Shown piece after piece: positions 56,764 through 64,000 of a DNA stretch of 64,000 nucleotides. A model generated the notes under the pieces. The model was not told the DNA's origin and ran no database searches. It worked only from the letters and a program-made list of their open reading frames with translations. The stretch is from an uncultured Nitrososphaerales archaeon (GTDB lineage: Archaea; Thermoproteota; Nitrososphaeria; Nitrososphaerales; Nitrososphaeraceae): NCBI GenBank assembly GCA_963709405.1, contig CAVPXM010000030.1, forward strand, positions 128,001 to 192,000, given 5' to 3'. A program made the position numbers and the translations under genes. Positions within the stretch are counted from its first letter, which is position 1. Every line of letters begins with the position of its first letter.

Positions 56764-56940
56764 GACGAAATATTCTCCTTCGTAGCGATATAAATAACTT
56801 AATAAACTTCAGTAGATCGGCAGAGACTCCCGGTATGCAACGTCTAGCACCCGAATGCATCAGTCATTCAAAGCTCCCGATTTTGCAGCAGGACTTTCTA
56901 AGGAAAAGAATATAACTGTCACTAGCGATATTAGCAGTGG

Positions 56941-57450
56941 ATGCTTTCGCATTGGTTTTCTCGTGTTGGTAGTTCTATTCCAAGAGGATTTTCTAGACAT
57001 TATGTTTTGGGTTTACTTAAGGAAAAACCAATGACAGGAAAGGAGATCATGGACAGAGCAATATATGAAAGTGACGGAAAATGGAGGCCATCTCCGGGCT
57101 TGATATATCCTATGCTGGGAAGATTACTTGAAGAGGGTCTAATCGATGAAATAGAAAACGGCAGATATAGGACTACCCAGAGCGGGGAAGATACAGCTGC
57201 TGATATGAAATCTTTGCACAACATTGTACAAAAGCAGTTAGATGTTATACTTCGAGTGGGAAACGTGGGCAAATTTATGGCGTTTGATCTGATAGATAGA
57301 GTGTCTGCAATAGGATCCGCACTGAGTTCAAATCTAGATAGAATGACCGAACAAGAAAAGGAAAAATACAAAGAATTTCTCTTAACTGAGTTAGCCAAAC
57401 TTGACGACCAAGAAAATATCAATCAGAAGATCACTTTAGAGCAAGAATAG
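56941..57450 (+). CDS. PadR-family transcriptional regulator
   Basis: '[16 protein letters not shown]...[21 protein letters not shown]'. Confidence 0.92.
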   Translation: MLSHWFSRVGSSIPRGFSRHYVLGLLKEKPMTGKEIMDRAIYESDGKWRPSPGLIYPMLGRLLEEGLIDEIENGRYRTTQSGEDTAADMKSLHNIVQKQLDVILRVGNVGKFMAFDLIDRVSAIGSALSSNLDRMTEQEKEKYKEFLLTELAKLDDQENINQKITLEQE

Positions 57451-57720
57451 CTAAATCACTGCCTTGCCTTCGAAATGGGTCTAAGCTTCTAATAGCTCCA
57501 TCAAAAATTGTAGTAATAACCAAGCCTAAAGTATCCGTAAAACACGGCATTTTGACATATTTTCAATCTGATGATTGACCACAATTAGTGGTGAACCAAA
57601 AGTCTGAAACTTAATGTAACTAACAATTATCGGTGAACTAACTTTGACATTGACTGATTATTTTAAAATTTTGTATTGCTAATCCTTTTAATAACGTTAA
57701 TAATCTAAGAATCTGTTAGT

Positions 57721-58629
57721 TTGTCTGACGATATCTCCGTAATATCTGGGCCTTCTTCTTCAGAGCTAGCAAATAATATTGCAGCTAATCTAAATGTGAG
57801 CCCGGTCCTTGCAGAAGTCTGCATCTTCAATGATGGTGAGAGCAAGATTAGAATGCCCAAAATTCTTAAGAAGAATTGTGTAATTGTACAGTCCACATAT
57901 CCTCCAGCAGATCGGCATCTTCTACAAGCTTTAATGATGATAAGAAAATGCTCTGAAGATAAGGTCACTAATATTATTGCAGTGATACCATATATGGCAT
58001 ACGCCAGACAAGACAGAGAGTTTTTACCAGGGGAGGTGGTTACGATGTCATTAATCGCTAGGCTTTTGGAAAGTGTAGGCACTAGGCAGCTGATTACGAT
58101 TGATGCTCATAGCTCAGCATCACTGTCGCATTTTAGCATCAATGTCCAAAACGTTTCTTCAATTCCTTTATTCGCAAGTTATGCTGAAGAAAATCTGAAA
58201 TTGGATAATCCACTAATAGTCTCACCAGATCTGGGAGGCGCGGTGAGGGCGAAGACGCTTGCGTCCATTTTAAAAACTGACTCTATAGCCCTGATTAAGA
58301 GTCGCGATAAATCTACTGGCGAAGTAACAATTGAACGCGAAAAACCAGCTTACCAAATCGACAAGAACGATGCAATTATTCTGGACGATATCATAAGCAC
58401 TGGAGATAGTATAGTTAAGGCATGTGAGGCACTTAGACAATTTGGTTTATGTGGAAAAATATTTGTAATGTGTACTCACGCGCTCCTAATTAAAAATGCG
58501 ACGCAAAAAATCAAAGCAGCAGGTGTAAAGGAGATTATTGCAACAAATTCTGTCCCAAATGAATTCGCAAGAGTAGATCTTAGCCCAATAATATGCGCAC
58601 CTCTAAGATCTCTAGCCAAAGTGCAATAG
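57721..58629 (+). CDS. prs: Ribose-phosphate pyrophosphokinase
   Basis: 'FNDGE', 'PYMAYARQDR', 'SPDLGG', 'LDDIISTG'. Confidence 0.96.
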   Translation: MSDDISVISGPSSSELANNIAANLNVSPVLAEVCIFNDGESKIRMPKILKKNCVIVQSTYPPADRHLLQALMMIRKCSEDKVTNIIAVIPYMAYARQDREFLPGEVVTMSLIARLLESVGTRQLITIDAHSSASLSHFSINVQNVSSIPLFASYAEENLKLDNPLIVSPDLGGAVRAKTLASILKTDSIALIKSRDKSTGEVTIEREKPAYQIDKNDAIILDDIISTGDSIVKACEALRQFGLCGKIFVMCTHALLIKNATQKIKAAGVKEIIATNSVPNEFARVDLSPIICAPLRSLAKVQ

Positions 58630-58834
58630 GTCTGCTCGATCTACGATATGCCGGCTTTGCTTTTTAGTTTACACAATGCCGACAATTTAGAAAAATCTTG
58701 ATGTTTAAATTCAGATGTATAATCATGATAGTACATGAAACCGTTACACAATTTAAAACTAGGATGATCTTCTCAATATACTTTTAGAGAATGAGGATAT
58801 AAAATGAAAGTTGCGGGGTGATTGCTTGGTAAAT

Positions 58835-59748
58835 ATGCAAATAACATTTCTTGGTACATCGGCTGCAACTCCTACCACACATAGAGGACTATCGTCACTT
58901 GCCATATTACGAGCAAACGAAGTCTTATTGTTCGACGCCGGAGAAGGAATGCAACTCAACTTCATAAAGTCAAAACTGGGAGTGAATAAAAAGATGAAGA
59001 TATTCATCACCCATATGCATGCGGATCATTGTCTTGGATTATTGGGTCTATTGCAAACCATGTCTCTACAGGGTAGGGAAAATAAAATAGATATCTACGG
59101 TCAGCCTAAATTAGCAGAGTTCGTTAATGAGAATGTTAGAATAATTAATTTTGGTCTGTCTTATGACGTAAATCTTCACATTATTGATTCTGAGGGACTA
59201 GTATGTAGAGAGAAGGATTACGAGGTTACATGTTGCAGTGCAAAACATTCAATTTCGGCATTTTCCTACTGCCTCACAGAGGGTAATAGGCCTGGCATTT
59301 TCAATATTCTCGAGGCTAAGCGGTTGGGTGTTCCTGAAGGAGAACTGTACGGAAGACTACAAAATGGTGAAGATATTACCTTCAATGGAAAAACCATACG
59401 ATCCAGCCAGATTGTGGGATCCAGTCGACTTGGCCGTAAAGTTGGAATATCCGGGGACACCAGACCCACAGAAAAGCTTACGACGATTCTTTATGGATTG
59501 TGATGTTCTTGTATTTGAATCTACTTATAGTCACAAATTAAAAAGGAAAGCAGTTTTGAATTTTCATTCTACGGCAAAGGAAGCGGCAATGTTAAGCAGC
59601 ACGATCTGGAGTTAGGAAACTGCTTCTTACCCATTTTAGCGCCAGATATAGTACTACATTCGATCTGCTTAATGAAGCTAAATCAGTACATAATAACGTC
59701 GACGCGGCTGAAGATTTAATGGTAGTCCCAATACCGTATCGAGAATAG
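58835..59748 (+). CDS. rnz: Ribonuclease Z; two apparent frameshifts (~59485, ~59605)
   Basis: 'FLGTSAATPT', 'FDAGEG', 'THMHADH', 'SGDTRP', 'FESTY', 'HST', 'LTHFSARY', 'AED'. Confidence 0.92.
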
Positions 59749-59886
59749 CTATATCTCATTATTGTTAACATCTTAACATACTTGTTAATTATCATTTTTT
59801 CTTGAATTATAGATAGTAGGCTTAATGAAGCAGCAATTCTAGATTAGCAAATATGAGTACCAAACGTAACAACATCTGATTTGGTG

Positions 59887-60553
59887 TTACCTGTTTGCTC
59901 GAGTAAATGTTGGGACAGATGTATATTCATCAGAATCTGCAATCAATGAGTAGCTTGTTGTTTTATATGTTTGCAGACTTCTCCGACACTACCAACCCAA
60001 AAACAGCGTTAGACCCGGCGGTGATATTCAAAGGTTCTGCTAATCCTCTTCCTATTGCGATTACGTTGCCATTTTTATCATATAGTGTAGCAATGATTAG
60101 TGTATTAGTTGAATTAGCTTTGGCATTGTTGACCACTATTCCGTTGATATAGTAAAAGCCAAAAATATCTAATCGCGAGTTAGTTGGATTGACCTCGAGT
60201 CTCACGGGTTTCAACTTATTCTCAGCAGGGCTTGAGCTTATTTCTGTGGATATCTTGAAATCTCTAACCTGGTTAACAGTTTTGCTATCTATATACAAAA
60301 TTTCAAATGGGGATATGCCTCCCGGATTAAGTTTACTTAGTTCTGTCGACCTGTTGAATTCATTCAACAATTTGCCATTATCGTCAAAAAATGAAGCCTT
60401 TACCACCACATTTGACATGGGCTTGGTTGATAAGTTCCTTACCTCTCCATACAGATGCATAATTCCGTTTTCATCTACGAAGGACGATGTTTTCCCAATC
60501 TCAATGTCCGACGGAGCTATTCTGGCTGAAATCCCATTCATGAGCGGTGCCAC
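59887..60553 (-). CDS. Secreted double FxLYD-domain protein, frameshift near the 3' end
   Basis: 'GEVRN..ASFFDDNG..LNPGGISPF' and 'GIVVN..ATLYDKNGNVI'. Confidence 0.75.
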
Positions 60554-60756
60554 TAAAAGTAGGATTACGAAAACGTTAGTAAAATTATTTAATGACGTAC
60601 AAAAAATTGGTAGTTACAGGTTATAATCTGTTTTGCCTTTTGGATTATACTCCTAGATTTTGTAATCAAATTCCATGGACCATTTGTAATTTGAAAGGAT
60701 GAAATACTATTATATGGAAGGGGTTATAATATGATGAACAGTAGAAGTTCTTCTTA

Positions 60757-61647
60757 ATGCATACAACATTAACATGCCCTGGATGCAGTAAAGGTCATCT
60801 AATTGCTGACGCTGATACTGGAGAGATAATTTGCGACAGCTGTGGTTTGGTTCAAGTTTCTGATTACCAGGATCGCAGTCTGTTAACGGCTTCTATTAAA
60901 TATCCAAGTAGAAGCAATGTGGGCTCGTCAAACTTTGCATTAATCTGTAGGGATATCGAATATTCTACAGTAATTGATAGGGCAAATACCGATGCTAGGG
61001 GTCATAAACTAGATCCAAGCACATTATCTAGAATGCAGAGATTGCGTACGTGGGATTTCAGACTTCGTACTGATTCTAACGCGGCTAGGAACATTAAACA
61101 AGCACTAAATGAGCTGGATGCCCTAAAGGATAAGCTTGGTCTTCCAGATGCTGTACTTGAGAAAGCGTCATATATATATAGAAAAGCTCAGGTGAAGGGT
61201 CTAGTTCATGGAAGATCGATATCTGCAATCTTATGTACTGCAGTATACATCGCTTGTAGGGAGATGGGTACTCCCAGAACGCTGAAGGAAATCTCTGTGA
61301 TTGCGAACCTTGAAAGAAAGGATATTGCAAGGGACTATAGACTACTTGTAACTGAGCTTGATCTTCAAATCCCATTACTCGATCCTTTGAAATGTATTGT
61401 GGGAGTGGCAAATAGAATAAATATAAGCGAAAAAACTAAACGGCTCGCTCTTGATTCAATGAGTGAGATAATAAGAACCGAAATCTCTGCCGGGAAGAAT
61501 CCTATGGGACTAGCTGCTACAGTCCTTTACGTTTCATGTCTTAAGAATAAAGAGAACAAAACACAGGCAGATATTGCACGAGCTGCAGGAATAACTGAGG
61601 TCACAATTAGGAATAGATACAGCGATTTGAAACGTACCATGATTTAA
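60757..61647 (+). CDS. tfb: Transcription initiation factor IIB paralog
   Basis: Zn ribbon CPGC..CDSCG; cyclin repeats 'GRSISAI..AVYIACR', 'GKNPMGLAA', 'TEVTIRNRY'. Confidence 0.95.
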   Translation: MHTTLTCPGCSKGHLIADADTGEIICDSCGLVQVSDYQDRSLLTASIKYPSRSNVGSSNFALICRDIEYSTVIDRANTDARGHKLDPSTLSRMQRLRTWDFRLRTDSNAARNIKQALNELDALKDKLGLPDAVLEKASYIYRKAQVKGLVHGRSISAILCTAVYIACREMGTPRTLKEISVIANLERKDIARDYRLLVTELDLQIPLLDPLKCIVGVANRINISEKTKRLALDSMSEIIRTEISAGKNPMGLAATVLYVSCLKNKENKTQADIARAAGITEVTIRNRYSDLKRTMI

Positions 61648-62090
61648 TATACTTCTTCTTCCGTCGATATTTGTTAGACATTGGTACCAGAGATCTAGGT
61701 CTTGAGACGCTCTAGTTGAGGTTAAAATTCTCAAAGCTGTGCATGTCTGTATACTCAGAGGTTTAGTGAACCTATTCCTGCGCCTCTGTCATCTCGCAGA
61801 AGCACAAATGTAATTTACATTATTACATTTTATGGATTGTTTGGAATTTGTTAAACGATATTTTTCTATGGTGATGACTTTCCTCACACAGATTCAACTA
61901 CCTTATCATCAATTACTTTCCGTATCTTCAATCTAATGGAGAAAGGCGGCTAGTCCTGCCAAGAGTTGCACATCATCATATCCAAGACGCATATTGATAC
62001 CTATTCGTGCAACAATAAATTGTCCACGATCAGAATATACACCATCTTTCGTTTACTTAATAAGCTGACCTAAGAGAATATTATGTCGTA

Positions 62091-63284
62091 ATGTCTAAGA
62101 TTTATGACGTTATCATAGCCGGTGGTAGTATTTCTGGTCTTATGGCCGCACGAGAATTATCTAGTCACAATGGAATTTCTGTCCTGGTTCTGGAAGAGGA
62201 TTATGAAGTTGGAACTCCTGAACATTGTGGCGGACTTGTTAGTATGGGCGCGATTGAAAAACTTCAAATCCTTCCATCGGTTGCGTCAATACAAAATAAG
62301 ATTAAAAACGCAAAAATCCTATCTCCGTCCAATGATTTTGTTATTGATGCAGGAAATCAGAAGGTTATCGTACTAAATAGAAGGGAATTAGATAAACAGA
62401 TTGCTTTTGAAGCTCAAGATGCTGGCGCTGAAATAAGAGTTAGGTGTTCAGTAAGATCAGTGGTTGAGTGTGCTCATACTATTGATTCAAATATTATGGA
62501 TGATGGAAATCTCTATTCGGTGTCGACTTCAGAAGGAGAGATGAAATGTAAATACTTTATAGATGCCAGAGGGATAGGATCGATAATTCATAAAAATAGA
62601 ACTGGGGTATTGCAAACTGCACAGTATGAAGTCTACGCACCATGGATCGACAGTGATACTATTGAGGTGAAATTTGACAATATTAGATTTCCTGGATTCT
62701 TTGCTTGGATTATACCTACGGATTCAGGAAAAGGCAAGGTGGGTGTAGGTGGTAGAGCATTAAACGTGGCCGATGCGTTGAAATCCTATTTGGATAGTAA
62801 AGGATCAAGATACACCATTGTTAGAAAGGTTTATTCTCCTATTTGGGTCATGGGTCCATTAGAAAGTTTCCTATGCGGACGCAGGTATGTGGTCGTAGGA
62901 GATGCAGCTGGACAAACTAAACCAACGACAGCTGGTGGAATCTATACATGCGGAATGGGCGGTATACTTGCTGGGAGATCTATGGCAAATGCAATAGAAA
63001 CATGTAATCAGGATCTGCTAAAGGAATACGAAAAGGAATGGTTCTTACTGTTCAATACTGAGTTTAATAAAATGCTGCTAGCAAGAAAGATCTTTGAGCG
63101 ATTGGATAATAGGGGATTGGACGAAATATTTGCCTCTGTTTCTCATTCAGAAATTGATCTTGTTTCTCAAACAGGGGATTTCGACTTCCATTCAACAGCG
63201 TTGTCAAGGATAATTGGAGCAAAAAAAGCTACTGGCATTATAAAGTCGGTGTTGAGTAATGAAATAAGGCGCTTATTAGATTAA
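62091..63284 (+). CDS. Geranylgeranyl-reductase family FAD oxidoreductase (DGGGPL reductase-like)
   Basis: 'IAGGSISG', 'EHCGG', 'FFAWIIP', 'VGDAAGQTKPTTAGGI'. Confidence 0.88.
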   Translation: MSKIYDVIIAGGSISGLMAARELSSHNGISVLVLEEDYEVGTPEHCGGLVSMGAIEKLQILPSVASIQNKIKNAKILSPSNDFVIDAGNQKVIVLNRRELDKQIAFEAQDAGAEIRVRCSVRSVVECAHTIDSNIMDDGNLYSVSTSEGEMKCKYFIDARGIGSIIHKNRTGVLQTAQYEVYAPWIDSDTIEVKFDNIRFPGFFAWIIPTDSGKGKVGVGGRALNVADALKSYLDSKGSRYTIVRKVYSPIWVMGPLESFLCGRRYVVVGDAAGQTKPTTAGGIYTCGMGGILAGRSMANAIETCNQDLLKEYEKEWFLLFNTEFNKMLLARKIFERLDNRGLDEIFASVSHSEIDLVSQTGDFDFHSTALSRIIGAKKATGIIKSVLSNEIRRLLD

Positions 63285-63326
63285 GCAAGGTATAAATTCG
63301 GATATTGATCTTCAAACGATACATAT

Positions 63327-63506
63327 ATGTCGAAACCTTTGCAACTACCAGTCTGTACATCTTGTAATCGTGCCATTATGCCGAATGATGAATGTGTCAA
63401 ATATTATTGTCCTAATTGCGGATATGTCCTAATATGGCGATGTCAAAGTTGTAGGGAATTTGCTAGGGTTTACAAGTGCGTCGGTTGCGGGCTAGAGGGA
63501 CCTTAA
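63327..63506 (+). CDS. Zn-ribbon RNA-binding protein (DUF1610 type, 59 aa)
   Basis: MSKPLQLPVCTSC..CPNCG..WRCQSCR..YKCVGCGLEGP; conserved neighbour of EF-1beta. Confidence 0.9.
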   Translation: MSKPLQLPVCTSCNRAIMPNDECVKYYCPNCGYVLIWRCQSCREFARVYKCVGCGLEGP

Positions 63507-63507
63507 G

Positions 63508-63789
63508 ATGACCAGGTTGGTTGCCAGGATTAAAATTCTCCCTGCGGAAGCTGACACAGATCTAGATAAACTAGTGGATTCACTCAACGAACAGATCCCA
63601 ACAGGAATGGAGTTAAAAACACACGTGAGGGAGCCATTAGCATTCGGAGTAAATGTCATTCTAGGAGATTTTCTGATTGATGATGAGGAAGGACAAATGG
63701 ACAAATTAGAAGAATCCATTAAGAAAACTGAAGGAGTTGGTGAAATTGATGTGGTTAGCATTAGTAGGCAGTCTGTAAAAATGAAATAA
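63508..63789 (+). CDS. ef1b: Translation elongation factor 1-beta
   Basis: 'KILPAE', 'EPLAFGV', 'GVGEIDVVSISR'. Confidence 0.95.
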   Translation: MTRLVARIKILPAEADTDLDKLVDSLNEQIPTGMELKTHVREPLAFGVNVILGDFLIDDEEGQMDKLEESIKKTEGVGEIDVVSISRQSVKMK

Positions 63790-63832
63790 TCAAAGTGAAG
63801 GAACTTAGGCCGGAGGTTGTATAAATAGTCAT

Positions 63833-64000
63833 TTGAAAAGACCTCAAGGGAAGAAAAATAAGGATCAGGGAACTGCCAAGAAAATTCAGTTAAGAGTAGC
63901 TGAAGCAAAACATCGGGATGTTGGTAAACGTAGAGCAAGAATAGACTCTGAACCCATGCGTCAGCTTGGCATCGAACCAGGTCAAGTAATAGAATTGATA
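63833..64000 (+). CDS. cdc48: CDC48/VCP AAA ATPase, N-domain (3'-partial)
   Basis: 'LRVAEAKHRDVGKRRARID...LGIEPGQVIELI'. Confidence 0.85.
   Translation, partial: MKRPQGKKNKDQGTAKKIQLRVAEAKHRDVGKRRARIDSEPMRQLGIEPGQVIELI

Larger units (their letters stand above)
54716..56895 (-). mobile_element. IS6-family element, 2180 bp, with 8-bp TSD TTCTAAGG (54708-54715, 56896-56903) and passenger genes
   Basis: Both ends start AGTCCTGCTGCAA (cf. IS26 GGCACTGTTGCAAA), ~67-bp imperfect IRs, DDE transposase inside. Confidence 0.9.

Noticed and set aside
56453-56860. 135-aa minus-strand ORF as the missing transposase N-terminus via frameshift
   Set aside because: Starts inside the terminal repeat, overlaps the two-TM passenger in another frame, and has no Zn-finger or HTH features
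57000-63938. Long antisense ORFs opposite padR, prs, FxLYD, tfb and ef1b
   Set aside because: Shadows of well-supported genes on the other strand

Overview
AT-rich archaeal chromosome segment that reads as a soil ammonia-oxidising archaeon (Nitrososphaerales-type). This is inferred from the gene set: Cbf5, Nop10, aIF2-alpha, TFB, FxLYD, roadblock-like and cupredoxin proteins, and cobalamin genes. Bases 1-32 kb are mostly intact housekeeping genes (rpoD-rpl18e-rpl13-rps9, cbf5, intron-containing tRNA-Ser(GGA), cobT, cobO, rpl32e-rpl19e, aIF2a-nop10) mixed with secreted accessory proteins. Bases 35.7-52.6 kb are a decaying surface-glycan island with three duplicated glycosyltransferase families, deletion junctions and pseudogenes. 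The most striking structure is a 2,180-bp IS6-family element at 54716-56895. It has an 8-bp target duplication (TTCTAAGG), ~67-bp ends that each carry three identically spaced GTTGC-N-GGG boxes, passenger ORFs, and a transposase with an extra C-terminal domain. It abuts the end of a second, related element at the same 8-mer, just upstream of the BRE/TATA of a PadR gene, which suggests repeated, possibly promoter-targeted insertion. Single-base frameshifts in housekeeping genes (including RNase Z) indicate assembly indel errors, so frameshift-only pseudogene calls are uncertain.
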